DNA from: a virus
Strand: one strand, 5' to 3'
DNA: 64,000 nt
IMG/VR virus record: IMGVR_UViG_3300030490_000001
Shown here piece by piece: positions 26,507-35,824 of the stretch. The position numbers and the translations under genes were made by a program. Under the pieces are notes generated by a model. That model was given only the letters and a program-made list of their open reading frames with translations. It was not told the DNA's origin and made no database searches. Within the stretch, counting starts at the first letter, position 1; each line of letters opens with the position of its first letter.

Positions 26507-28420
26507 TTAAAATCCCAGTCCAACAACGTACATGCCTTGCCCGCTAGTGACTGCGCCAGTAGAGGCTGAATATGTGGTAATTGAAGTTCCAGTCTTTGAA
26601 GACGTGACCACTGACCCTATGCAGTTTCCCGCCGTGGTCATACCGGTCACTATCAGCGTTTGATTAGGAAATGCAATCGGCCAAGTTATAGCAAGGTTTC
26701 CTGATGCCGTGCCGGATGAGTCAGCTGCTACCCATTGAATAATTAGTCCGCTCGGCAGCTTCTGGTAGCCATTAACTGTGATCGAGTTGATGAACGCTGA
26801 TGTTGTGCAGCCACCGAGAGCTGCATACCAACCAAAGCCCGATCCATCATTAATCACAGTGACGGTCTCGCCGGGAGACACCTTTAGTGTTCCGGCGCTT
26901 CCGCCTATTGCATTTGAAATTAAGTCGGCGCCATTCCCTGCAATCGTGCCGCCATTCGGTCCGCCGATAAATGTAAATGTCGAGCCCGGAGTCGTGGATG
27001 CAACGGTAGGCATTGTGACGGTGACGCCAGCCACGCCGAACGATCCCCAGTTATTTAGCTGTGCGGCCGTTAGGGTTGTATTCGCTCCGAAGCCGTTTCC
27101 GAGCCCAGCCATTTGCAGGCCGGACTTTTTCACAAACGCCGTTGTCGCGAGCTTGATGGTGTTGTCGAACTGCGGCGCAGTGGTGCCGGTGTCGCCGCCC
27201 GCAAGCTGCAGCGCGCCAACCATGGCTCCGCCCGCCCACGTCACCGCATTAGCGACCGTGAACGATGCGAACGCGTAGATCACGACTTCATCGCCCGTCG
27301 TGACGGTCGAGTTTATCGTGATACTGGAGCCGTTCGACGCGGTGTAGTTGACAGCGGATACCGTCGCGCCGTTCTGCGTCACCAGGATGTTTCCTGGCGT
27401 GTACGACATGTTGAATGTCGTCTGTCCCGCTGTTGCCGTGAACGACTGGACATTGAACGAGGAGGACGCTGCTGCGCCCGCCAGGATCGTGTTTGTGCCA
27501 TCGCTGTACACGATGACCGACTGCCCCTGTGGGATGAGGGCAGTCTTTCCGCCCGAGCCGTTGACGCCCATCGTCAGGCTGAACGCGCCTGTCGTGTTGT
27601 TGGCGACCACGTAGGTGCCGCCCTGCGCCGGGACGAATACCTCGATGCTGGCGGTCAGAGCACCGGTAAGCAGAAGGATGCCGGAGCCGTACTGCGCGGC
27701 GGTCAGCGCGACGTTTGCGGCACCACCTACTGGTACGTTCACCACGCCATTTTTCAGGTTGTAGGCAAAGTTCGTATTGGCGATCTTGAGCGACTGGTCG
27801 CCGGCTGGCGCGGTGTTGACCGTGGCGCCGTTGAGCGTGATGCCCGTGAAGTCGGTACGGTTCGGGTAGACGTTGATGCCGTCCGACCAAAGTTCATTCG
27901 ACAGGCCCTGCGCGACGACAATACCGGTGCCGGATGCAGTCTTTACCGTGATCGTGAATGCGCCGGTCGCCTGGTTGGACACAACCCACATACCAGTCGA
28001 GTTGGGCACGACGACGCTGATGTTTCCGGTCAGGATGCCGGTGAGTTCCAATACGCCCACACCTGCCTGTGCGGCTGTCAGCACCACGTTCGCACTGCCC
28101 GCGCAGTTGATGGTGGACACTCCGTGGAGAAGGCCCTGAGTCCAGATCGTATTGGCGATCTTGGTGGAGCTGTCGCCACCCGGGGGTGTCGGGGTGGTCG
28201 GCGTGCCGGTGAAGTCAGGCGAGTTGAGCGTAGCCATACCCGGTGGCTGCGTGGTGCCGTTCTCCAGGTTGGTGACATGCTGGTAGAGGTACGCAGTACG
28301 GTCAGCTAGGTTCAGCAGTGGCGAGTTCGTGATCGAACCAACGCCACCATCGACTGGGTCCGTGGTTTCGATCTGGTAGACGCCGACATCGTAATTCGGC
28401 TGTTCGGGCTGGTATGCCAT
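26507..28420 (-). CDS. long tail fibre protein (cassette 1)
   Basis: 637 aa, Gly/Thr/Val/Asn-rich. The collar motif recurs (GDSSTKIANT, GDQSLKIANT, PQFDNTIKLATTAFV). The C-terminus has GYQKLPSGLIIQWV..TWPIAFP. Confidence 0.85.
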   Translation of the reverse strand: MAYQPEQPNYDVGVYQIETTDPVDGGVGSITNSPLLNLADRTAYLYQHVTNLENGTTQPPGMATLNSPDFTGTPTTPTPPGGDSSTKIANTIWTQGLLHGVSTINCAGSANVVLTAAQAGVGVLELTGILTGNISVVVPNSTGMWVVSNQATGAFTITVKTASGTGIVVAQGLSNELWSDGINVYPNRTDFTGITLNGATVNTAPAGDQSLKIANTNFAYNLKNGVVNVPVGGAANVALTAAQYGSGILLLTGALTASIEVFVPAQGGTYVVANNTTGAFSLTMGVNGSGGKTALIPQGQSVIVYSDGTNTILAGAAASSSFNVQSFTATAGQTTFNMSYTPGNILVTQNGATVSAVNYTASNGSSITINSTVTTGDEVVIYAFASFTVANAVTWAGGAMVGALQLAGGDTGTTAPQFDNTIKLATTAFVKKSGLQMAGLGNGFGANTTLTAAQLNNWGSFGVAGVTVTMPTVASTTPGSTFTFIGGPNGGTIAGNGADLISNAIGGSAGTLKVSPGETVTVINDGSGFGWYAALGGCTTSAFINSITVNGYQKLPSGLIIQWVAADSSGTASGNLAITWPIAFPNQTLIVTGMTTAGNCIGSVVTSSKTGTSITTYSASTGAVTSGQGMYVVGLGF

Positions 28421-28429
28421 GGCGCGACC

Positions 28430-28891
28430 TTAGAAAGAAATTGTCCAGGAACCCTGAAAGGAAATATCAGAGTTGAAATTGAGCGGCGCACTGCGCGTCT
28501 TGCGCGCGTACAGGACGGACAGGCCCGTCAGCAGACCGAACTCGCCGATGGCTAGGTCGTAGGCGCCGGAGTCACCACCGCCCACGCCGAGGGAGAAATT
28601 GAACTGCACCTCGTTACTTCCAGGGTATGTGACCGAGTCGATCGCTTTGATGTAAGGCGTAGTCAAAGCCGTGTTGGGGAATACCGGCGGTGTCAGGTTG
28701 ATGCCAAATCCGATCTTGGTGACGCTTTGGTTTATGACGTTGCCGCCAAGCAAGTTGGCGTGCGTATTCTGAGATCCGACCACGATGAGGTTTTTCTCAT
28801 CCACTACCTCGATCAGCGATCCCTTGCGGAATACCTCAAGGTAAAAATAGCCAGTGGGCAGGCGCTCGAATTGGTCGCGGAATTTAGACAC
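28430..28891 (-). CDS. tail/baseplate-associated protein
   Basis: 153 aa with a GTG start and GGAGG 6 nt upstream, sited between the baseplate genes and the fibre. Confidence 0.5.
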   Translation of the reverse strand: MSKFRDQFERLPTGYFYLEVFRKGSLIEVVDEKNLIVVGSQNTHANLLGGNVINQSVTKIGFGINLTPPVFPNTALTTPYIKAIDSVTYPGSNEVQFNFSLGVGGGDSGAYDLAIGEFGLLTGLSVLYARKTRSAPLNFNSDISFQGSWTISF

Positions 28892-28898
28892 TGAAAAC

Positions 28899-28918
28899 CT
28901 CCAGATTTATTTCTGGAG
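28899..28918 (-). other. hairpin that sequesters the SD of the 28430-28891 gene
   Basis: CTCCAGA tttatt TCTGGAG forms a 7-bp stem. On the mRNA the 3' arm runs UCUGGAGG, so 4 of the 5 SD bases are paired. UUUU follows. Confidence 0.5.
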
Positions 28919-28923
28919 TTTGG

Positions 28924-28933
28924 TGTCACGACT
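28924..28933 (-). promoter_or_regulatory. TCGTGAC-core motif site 9
   Basis: Reads catcAGTCGTGACAccaaa. It starts 7 nt after the stop at 28941, then comes the SD-sequestering hairpin, then GTG 28891. Confidence 0.6.
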
Positions 28934-28940
28934 GATGATG

Positions 28941-30059
28941 TCAGAGGTTTTCCGTCACCACTTCGCCGCTCATGTGGTGGACTGTGCTGTTGTACCGGCG
29001 TACACCGTTGTACTGGTAGCTGTACGTGATCGTGATCGTCTCCGCATCCGTGGGCGCGTTCAGCGCGTCGGTAAATGCAGAGATGTCGGTCACAATATCG
29101 AAATACGGATCGGTCGGTGGGGTCAGCGTGTCGGCATAAGTGCCTACGACGGAGAATTCCAGCGCCGCGCCATCGGCCGGTAGCGTCAGGGAATCCTGCA
29201 GGGTGCTTCCGCTAACAAGGATCAGATTGCGGAGCTGCGTCCCGGCAGCGCGGTACCGGCCGATGATGCTGATCACGGTCTGCGCGAACGCAGTCGGGTC
29301 GCCGCCGCTGATCAGGTCGTAGCCGTACTCTACGTCGAACAGGCCATAGATCGGCGAGGGGTCGGCGTTGTAATGAAACTCGCTGTTGTGCGTTATCGCG
29401 CCGTTATACAGCGGGAACGTCGGTCCGTACTCGATGACGTCCGTTACGCTCGTATTTTGCGTGGTGTAGGCGGTGATCGCCATCTCCAGCGCAATGTTAT
29501 TCGAGCGCGGTCGAAGTACCTCCGCGATGATTCGCGGGCCGTAGCTGGCATCTAGCTCGCCCTGCAGGCGAGGCACGCCGAAATATGCACCGAGCACATC
29601 CAGCCACATGTCCTGGGCCGTCGTCGTGCTCATCTGCTGGATTGCGTTCTGGCCCTGCGCGGATACCTGCTCTAGCTCGTTTGCATTCGCCTCCAGGTAG
29701 GACCAGTTTTCGTTCGTGTAGCCGTACAGGTGATCGCCATTGGAGTCAGCGATGTCGCCCGTAGCATCAAGCAGCACCAGCGCACTGAGATCCGCATAGG
29801 CGGACTGATCGACATACACGACCGAGTACCCCGGCTGCGTGGCGATATAGAGCGCAAGCTGTGCGATCGTGAACTGCGACAGCGCAAGGGTAAGCGCCAC
29901 GCCCGTGCCACCCACTGGAGTTGTCGTGAGGACGCCGTCCTGCACGGTCCACGACATGTCCGATCCGTTGTACTGGACGCGCAGCGCCAGGTACTGTGCT
30001 GGGTCTAGGTCAAAGACCGCACTATTGAGGAACGTGAGGAGCTTTTTAGTCAGCCGCAT
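28941..30059 (-). CDS. baseplate wedge / fibre-connector-like protein
   Basis: ORF trimmed to ATG 30059 (MRLTKKLL..), 1 nt after the stop of the J-like gene. The call rests on its position downstream of baseplate J. Confidence 0.5.
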   Translation of the reverse strand: MRLTKKLLTFLNSAVFDLDPAQYLALRVQYNGSDMSWTVQDGVLTTTPVGGTGVALTLALSQFTIAQLALYIATQPGYSVVYVDQSAYADLSALVLLDATGDIADSNGDHLYGYTNENWSYLEANANELEQVSAQGQNAIQQMSTTTAQDMWLDVLGAYFGVPRLQGELDASYGPRIIAEVLRPRSNNIALEMAITAYTTQNTSVTDVIEYGPTFPLYNGAITHNSEFHYNADPSPIYGLFDVEYGYDLISGGDPTAFAQTVISIIGRYRAAGTQLRNLILVSGSTLQDSLTLPADGAALEFSVVGTYADTLTPPTDPYFDIVTDISAFTDALNAPTDAETITITYSYQYNGVRRYNSTVHHMSGEVVTENL

Positions 30060-30060
30060 G

Positions 30061-31527
30061 TCAGATGGTCGCCGCCGATGACCCAAGGATGTTGATGATG
30101 CCCGGCATCAATTTCTGCATCTTCAAGGGAGTGACGTTCTGGAAACGAGCAGTCGAGATCGCCGGTGGCGCATTGCCAGCCAGGAGGCCGCCGGCCGGTT
30201 CGGTGTAGTTCGTGCCGATTGCGTAAGGCTCGGCGTTCTGGAGTTCCAGGGCGGCAACTGACGTGCCCGCGTAGACATTCCATCCGGTGACGCCACCGAT
30301 TGATGGTGGTGAAGCGATGGTGAGTAGTTCGTCGGCTAGCACTGCGAGCGATGACGAGGAAGACGGCAGGGACTCGCCGGCCGTAGTCGTGTAGGTGGTC
30401 ACCGCGTAATACGTGCCTGCCGCGAGTGTTCCGCCTGGCGTCGATCCTAGCGTAGGCTCGGTCGGCGCGGGAATGTCTGCCGGGATGAAGTCATCCACAC
30501 CAGGAATGGCCTTGACCAGCGCGATCAGCGTGGACACTTCAAACTCTGCGCCGGCCGCAAGGCTGATCACGTAATTTGAGGCGATCGGGTTCGCTGCATC
30601 GACCAGGTCGACCAACTGGTAACCAGCCAGCGCGGTCAGTGTTCCGCCGATGTCGAGTGGGACCTCAACCGACGCATACACGTTCACGTGCACACCGGCA
30701 GCCTTCCACCCAGGGATCTTGGTTCCGAACGCATTGGTGTATCCGTAGATAACCGTTTCAGCCTGCTGCACGAGTGCGGCAGACGTGCCGCCCACACCAT
30801 TGAAGATGTAGCACTCTACGAGCCCGATTGGCTGGGTGTTGTCGGTCTCGTACGGCTCGACGATGACCGATGAGCCGACTTGCTCGATGATGTTTCCGGA
30901 GGTATCGGTCAGGTTGACGGTGCTCAAGCCGTACTGGAGGGCGACAACCGTCGCACGAGACAGCGTCTGCACGTACGTGGCGAAACGGAGTTGCTGCGCG
31001 GCCGGAGTTTCCGCGTCCGTGCCATTGATCCAGTTGCCGGGGTTGGTGCCGCTCACAAAACCCTGCGGCTGAGGCGACATACTGAACTGAGCGCCCGCCT
31101 GGATGTTGCCGGCGGTACCTGGGGCCGACGCCACTGCTAAGACGCTTGCCGTTGTACTGCCCACGGCAATCGTGACGTCTACCTCAGTGGTATAGCTTGA
31201 GGCGTTACCTGGCGTAGTAATCGTTGTGCCGCCACTGATGAGGACCGACTGTGTCTGTGCGGTTATCGTGACGGTCACTATGCCGCTGGCCGGGACTGCC
31301 GGCAGCGCGTTGAAGTTGAATGAGTTGTAAGTCGCCACCGGGATCGCCTGCATGATCCCGTCGAAAAACTTGCGGTACAACTCCTCAATCTCGCCGGCTG
31401 GACCTTCGATGATCGTGCGTGCGACCGAGCCTTCCGTGAAGTCGGTGATGACCGTCTGCGTCGACTTCATCCAGTTGACCATGGACGCGACGATACTGAC
31501 GAAATTTTTAAGCTGAAAAGCTGCCAT
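30061..31527 (-). CDS. baseplate J-like protein
   Basis: 488 aa. The N-terminus (F..IV.SMVNWMKS....ITDF.EGSVARTIIE..A.EIEELY) is typical of the Baseplate_J family. Confidence 0.8.
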   Translation of the reverse strand: MAAFQLKNFVSIVASMVNWMKSTQTVITDFTEGSVARTIIEGPAGEIEELYRKFFDGIMQAIPVATYNSFNFNALPAVPASGIVTVTITAQTQSVLISGGTTITTPGNASSYTTEVDVTIAVGSTTASVLAVASAPGTAGNIQAGAQFSMSPQPQGFVSGTNPGNWINGTDAETPAAQQLRFATYVQTLSRATVVALQYGLSTVNLTDTSGNIIEQVGSSVIVEPYETDNTQPIGLVECYIFNGVGGTSAALVQQAETVIYGYTNAFGTKIPGWKAAGVHVNVYASVEVPLDIGGTLTALAGYQLVDLVDAANPIASNYVISLAAGAEFEVSTLIALVKAIPGVDDFIPADIPAPTEPTLGSTPGGTLAAGTYYAVTTYTTTAGESLPSSSSSLAVLADELLTIASPPSIGGVTGWNVYAGTSVAALELQNAEPYAIGTNYTEPAGGLLAGNAPPAISTARFQNVTPLKMQKLMPGIINILGSSAATI

Positions 31528-31529
31528 GC

Positions 31530-32168
31530 TTATTTGCTCGTGACGGTAACGGTGGTCGTCGGGCCGCCGGAGATGGGCTGCGCGACGATCGAGATTTCGG
31601 TGGCGTCGCCAGTGATCTGTGCCGAGGCCGAAACGATGGATGAGACACGCGGGTCAGCCTTGACTGCGCCGCGCGCGTAGTTGGCCGTTAGGACGCCTTG
31701 CGTCGGGCCGTTCGCCACACCCTTCATGCGCTGATGGAGTGACCCGTATTTCGGGTGCATCATCAAGCGACCACGCGGGGTGTTGAGCCGGTTGCTAAGT
31801 GCCTGATTCAAGTTGGCGTAACCCGTCACAGTCGCGACGTCGCCGCCAGAATTGGCGATAATGCGTCCAGCAGTGAGCTGGATGTCGGTCAGGAACAGGT
31901 CGTCTGGGTTGGTGGTGGAGGTCGTGACAGGCGCCGGTGCTGGCACCTTGATCGAGCCGCCCGTCAGGATGACGCCAGGTCCAGCATTGGCCGGGTTGTC
32001 CGTGATGTACGGAGGGACGAGTCCGTTGTAATCGATCAGTTTCTGCCACAGCTTGGCATCACCAAGTTCGCGCAGCGCGATCGTGTGGAGCGTGTCACCG
32101 TTGTGTGTCTTGACGACGCGAAAGCCGTAGAGCGGCTTTTGCATGGTGACGTTAGGCTGCGTACTCAT
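31530..32168 (-). CDS. baseplate gp25/W-like protein with an N-terminal LysM-like domain
   Basis: 212 aa. GDTLHTIALRELGDAKLWQKLIDYN is LysM-like. The C-terminal half (NQALSNRLNTPRGRLMMHPKYGS..DPRV) is gp25/GPW-like. Confidence 0.65.
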   Translation of the reverse strand: MSTQPNVTMQKPLYGFRVVKTHNGDTLHTIALRELGDAKLWQKLIDYNGLVPPYITDNPANAGPGVILTGGSIKVPAPAPVTTSTTNPDDLFLTDIQLTAGRIIANSGGDVATVTGYANLNQALSNRLNTPRGRLMMHPKYGSLHQRMKGVANGPTQGVLTANYARGAVKADPRVSSIVSASAQITGDATEISIVAQPISGGPTTTVTVTSK

Positions 32169-33421
32169 TGCGAGACGACCACTCCCGCGTTGACGTTGGT
32201 CATCGTCGTGTTGAGATCTGTGAGACTCATAGGCGCCATCACTGGATCAGTGTTGGAGAGCGTCACAAGACCCTGCTGCGCCATCGTCGATATCGCGATA
32301 GGAACGGTCGGTGGTGTCGGTGCAGCCGACATGAATGGGTTGGCGTTGGCGAACACGCTGACCGGGCTTCCGCCATTGGTCGATGAGCAGTTCGACGCGC
32401 CGAATACGGAGGAGTAGTCAGGAACGGACAACTGCAGGTTTATGGCGTTGTTCAGTAGGCACCAGACGTTCATGAACACGCCCGCGATATCCATGATGCA
32501 AGCGAGTCCCGCAGTGGTCGCATAGGTGGCTTCCGCAAGAATCTGGAACGCGGTGATGCCGGCGCTCGCCACCATCTGACCGATGGCTACTAATTGCCCT
32601 ACAACGGCGCTACCCACCTGGACAGCGGCCATGACCGTGCCCAGCACGCCCATGCTCATCGAGAGGAATCCTCCCACGGCGCCAGCGATTACGGCGGGCA
32701 CAAAATTGGCTGCATTCGCCGCGTAGCCAGCTAGATCGGTCATCGACTGGCCGAAGCTGTCTAGCCCGACCGCCTGGGTATCCGCCGCATCCAGGAAGCC
32801 ACCGGACGCGGTATCCGAGTCGTTCGCGTTCGGGTCGGTCTCCGTATTCGTGACCGTCATGGCGATCTGATACATGCACAGCAGCGGGCGCTGACGCGAG
32901 CGGCGCAGAACGAATGCATTGGGCGCGACTACGACGGAGAGGTTGTTCAGCGCGTCGCTGTAGATGAGCTGCACAAGGTTCGGATCAACACCGGACGCGA
33001 TAGCGTTCTGGCGGCGCTGGTGCCACTGCGTGTAGACCTGGTCGAAAAGCTGCTGGAATCGGTCGCCGCCGTCGAGACCATCCGGCCCGGTGCGCCAGCC
33101 CGTGTGCCCGCTGATGTTCAGCGACGGGATGCCCTGCCGGAAATTGTCCATCCACGCGCCACCAAGGGTCTGCTGCACGGTCAGGCGCGACGGGTTGGAA
33201 TACGTGAGGTCTTCCGGTCGAACACGCAGCGTGATGGAGACGGGAAGCTCGCCAGTGGTCTGATCGTCAAGGACGAAACTGATCGGGCAGTAATCTGCCT
33301 TTTGGGTCGACGGCGTGACAGATGTGTCACTTGCTGCGAGCGCGGCGCCGCCGGGGCTCGCCAAGGACGCGATGGCGTCCAACGTGCCTACGACTTTGCC
33401 GATTGTGCTCAAGACGCTCAT
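32165..33421 (-). CDS. tail/baseplate protein with a Gly/Ala-rich hydrophobic C-terminal region
   Basis: 418 aa, sited between the spike and gp25-like genes. Motif site 10 ends 13 nt before the ATG, and there is no SD. Confidence 0.5.
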   Translation of the reverse strand: MSVLSTIGKVVGTLDAIASLASPGGAALAASDTSVTPSTQKADYCPISFVLDDQTTGELPVSITLRVRPEDLTYSNPSRLTVQQTLGGAWMDNFRQGIPSLNISGHTGWRTGPDGLDGGDRFQQLFDQVYTQWHQRRQNAIASGVDPNLVQLIYSDALNNLSVVVAPNAFVLRRSRQRPLLCMYQIAMTVTNTETDPNANDSDTASGGFLDAADTQAVGLDSFGQSMTDLAGYAANAANFVPAVIAGAVGGFLSMSMGVLGTVMAAVQVGSAVVGQLVAIGQMVASAGITAFQILAEATYATTAGLACIMDIAGVFMNVWCLLNNAINLQLSVPDYSSVFGASNCSSTNGGSPVSVFANANPFMSAAPTPPTVPIAISTMAQQGLVTLSNTDPVMAPMSLTDLNTTMTNVNAGVVVSQ

Positions 33422-33434
33422 GCCGTGATTTTCA

Positions 33435-33444
33435 TGTCACGACA
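33435..33444 (-). promoter_or_regulatory. TCGTGAC-core motif site 10
   Basis: Reads cttaTGTCGTGACAtgaaaatcacggcATG. There are 13 nt to ATG 33421, and no SD. Confidence 0.6.
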
Positions 33445-33460
33445 TAAGCGGTGCGCGTCG

Positions 33461-34330
33461 TCAGTCCTGCGCCACCGTTGTCTGTGCGTTTGCGCCCTGC
33501 GCGGTATGGAAGTGCTTGAGCACGCTGATGCTGCCGGACGTGATATCGCCGGTAGCCGCGACGGTCGCCTGGGTAGAAATTGCACCAGTGGCCGCAATGG
33601 TCTCGTCGGAGGTGATCGGCCCCGTCACATGCAGAGGTCCATGGATGGTCGTTTTTGGTGATGTGACATCCACGTTCCCGGTCACGTTAGCTGTGACGGA
33701 GCCGCCAATGGTCGCGGATACATTGCCGGTGATGTCGCCGGTAAGGTTGCCGTTTGCCTGGACGTTGATGTTTCCCTGCGGATCAACCTGGATGTTCGCT
33801 ACCACGCTACCCGCGTTCGCTACCGTTAGGTTCACCCATGGCGCGCTGGCAGTGTTTTTGGCGATCTTCCAATTGCCATCTACGTCCTTGCCGGTCAGGT
33901 CCTCATGTGCTGGCGAGCTGCCTACGCGGAAGTAGGTTCCGCTCGGGTGGTACGCCTCGAAATTCGCCTGGGAGTCGATCGACGTGTAGAAGTCGGAAGG
34001 GTGCCGATCGATCATGCGCTGCAGATCGCGGAACAGCATCTGGCATATCTGCGGATACCGGAATCCGATCACGACCGGCATGGTTCCGAAATACGCCACA
34101 CCGGCAAGAACATCCGTTGGCTTCGTCTGCGTCAGATCCCAGGCATTTCCATTTGAGGCTTTTGACGGCTCAATCAACATCGCCTTGCCGCTGCTGGTGC
34201 TCGCCCACGGCGATAGCACCTGAACGCCGCTGATCTGCTCACCGTTGTCGGTCATGACCAAGTCAAGCGCATAGTCCTCGGGATGGATGGCGGCCACGCG
34301 GCCCCATCGCAAGCTGCCTTTACTGCTCAA
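33461..34330 (-). CDS. central baseplate spike (gpV / gp5-like)
   Basis: 289 aa. The N-terminus is OB-like (GRVAAIHPEDYALDLVM). The C-terminus has beta-helix repeats (GNVSATIGGSVTANVTGNVDVT) and a tip HxH motif (KHFHT), as in P2 gpV-type spikes. Confidence 0.7.
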   Translation of the reverse strand: MSSKGSLRWGRVAAIHPEDYALDLVMTDNGEQISGVQVLSPWASTSSGKAMLIEPSKASNGNAWDLTQTKPTDVLAGVAYFGTMPVVIGFRYPQICQMLFRDLQRMIDRHPSDFYTSIDSQANFEAYHPSGTYFRVGSSPAHEDLTGKDVDGNWKIAKNTASAPWVNLTVANAGSVVANIQVDPQGNINVQANGNLTGDITGNVSATIGGSVTANVTGNVDVTSPKTTIHGPLHVTGPITSDETIAATGAISTQATVAATGDITSGSISVLKHFHTAQGANAQTTVAQD

Positions 34331-35822
34331 GGTCTGGGGTCTCCATCAATTCAGACAGGTAAGGTGAGTCGGCTCCGCCGGATCGCTGCACGCGCTCGAT
34401 AAATCCGGTACCGCGCTCGACGGTGAGCGTCGAAAAGACACCCTGGAATGGCAGGTAGTCATGATCAACCTTCACGATGTAATAGGTGGAGACCATCGTT
34501 CCGCGATGCAGGCGTGCGTACATGCCCGCCTTGATGTTTTCGTTTCCGCGAACGCGCATGGAGCCGGATTCGTATAGGACGTTGTCCTGATTCATGGCGA
34601 CCATGATGGCGCGGCGATTGTTGATCCAGTTGCTCATCTGGGTGTTGCGCGTGCCCTGCGCATCAGCGAGTAGGCCGCTTGACATCGTCTGCACCTCATC
34701 GCCGCCCTGCTGCGTGTCCGTATTCATCGGGCGCAGGCCATAGAGGGTCTCGGTGCAGTTCGGGTATTGCGTCAGCAGCACGGTGTTTGATTCCGCGCCC
34801 TGGAGCGCGAACTGCTGCTCATAGAGCGAATCGACCATGTCGAAGCGAGGCGCTCGGACCCAGTAGTAGTTGGCGACGTTGGAGTCTGACCGCGACACGT
34901 TGATGCTGATGACGTCGACGTCGCTGATGTCCACGTACGGCGGAGATGGCGCGTCCGACTGGATCAGGTCTCCATTGAGATCCATGGCCGGGATAGCGCG
35001 GTACACGACATGGACGCCATCCTCATCGTCTTCCGTGTAGAGCTCATTCCAGGTGCCGACGTCGCCATAGGTCTTGAGGATGCTGTAGATGGTTCCCTCT
35101 TGGTTCTGCGACCCCTGCATGCTGCACACGCCATGCCCGACCGATACGTACTGCGTCGCCTCGATGGTGGTCGGGCACGGCGAGTTGGTCGGCATGAATC
35201 CGGCGAGGAACGGATTGATCACCTCTTGAATAGTGTTTGTGACGAATTGCGACGACGGCATGATCGACATCGATCCGCCGTAGCGCTCAAAAAACTTGTA
35301 GGCGGATAGCACGTCCTCGCCGGTGACGTAACCAGGGAGATACAGGATCTGCATCATTTGCCAAAGCTTGCCGTAGTCCTGGCCGTTGATCGTGACGGCG
35401 CGCTGAGGCTTTCCGTCCGAGCCCATCGTCTCGACGCGCGAGATGCCGCTCACGAAGCCGCGCATGATGATCGGCGGCTGCGTACCGGCGGATGTGGGAG
35501 GGCTATGGCGCCAGCGGATCTCGATGTAATCCATGGGCTCAACTAGCCCGTATAGAGTCTCGAATGTCTGCTGGTTGGCGTACTCGCCGATAAACGGCTG
35601 GTCGCCAAACGACAGCACGAAACCGCCGGATGGCTCTCGCACGGATTTCGACGTGCGAACGGAGCTGCCATCACCAAAGAATGGCGTCAGTTCGATCGTG
35701 CGTGATGTTCCCTGGAATCGCTGCGATGTCGGGTTACTGCCGTTCAGCGTGGTGCGGCTGATGGTCTTGTAGAGCGTGACCTGCAGGTTAGGATCGTAGA
35801 TTTTGACGACTGGGGATTCCAT
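34320..35822 (-). CDS. baseplate hub / distal tail protein
   Basis: 500 aa, immediately downstream of the tape measure gene. The call is by position only. Confidence 0.5.
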   Translation of the reverse strand: MESPVVKIYDPNLQVTLYKTISRTTLNGSNPTSQRFQGTSRTIELTPFFGDGSSVRTSKSVREPSGGFVLSFGDQPFIGEYANQQTFETLYGLVEPMDYIEIRWRHSPPTSAGTQPPIIMRGFVSGISRVETMGSDGKPQRAVTINGQDYGKLWQMMQILYLPGYVTGEDVLSAYKFFERYGGSMSIMPSSQFVTNTIQEVINPFLAGFMPTNSPCPTTIEATQYVSVGHGVCSMQGSQNQEGTIYSILKTYGDVGTWNELYTEDDEDGVHVVYRAIPAMDLNGDLIQSDAPSPPYVDISDVDVISINVSRSDSNVANYYWVRAPRFDMVDSLYEQQFALQGAESNTVLLTQYPNCTETLYGLRPMNTDTQQGGDEVQTMSSGLLADAQGTRNTQMSNWINNRRAIMVAMNQDNVLYESGSMRVRGNENIKAGMYARLHRGTMVSTYYIVKVDHDYLPFQGVFSTLTVERGTGFIERVQRSGGADSPYLSELMETPDLEQ

Positions 35823-35824
35823 GG

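Noticed and set aside
27113-28309. Long antisense shadow ORFs lie inside confident genes. Examples are 27113-28309(+), 46091-47041(+), 51590-52648(+), 16136-16768(-), 17564-18301(-) and 9160-9798(+).
   Set aside because: This is a typical high-GC artefact. The ORFs are Arg/Gly/Val/Asp-rich and lie wholly inside genes with clear homology-type motifs on the other strand.
24695-28420. The duplicated fibre C-termini might indicate a diversity-generating retroelement.
   Set aside because: There is no reverse transcriptase gene in the window and no nucleotide-level template/variable repeat pair.
22764-35370. Plus-oriented (antisense) core copies in late genes might be antisense promoters. They include 22764, 27297, 31168, 31264, 31521, 31921 and 35358.
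   Set aside because: They fall in Thr/Val-rich coding sequence (TVT, VTI, VVT codons give GTCACGA). They lack the A-run. Such copies are expected from codon usage.
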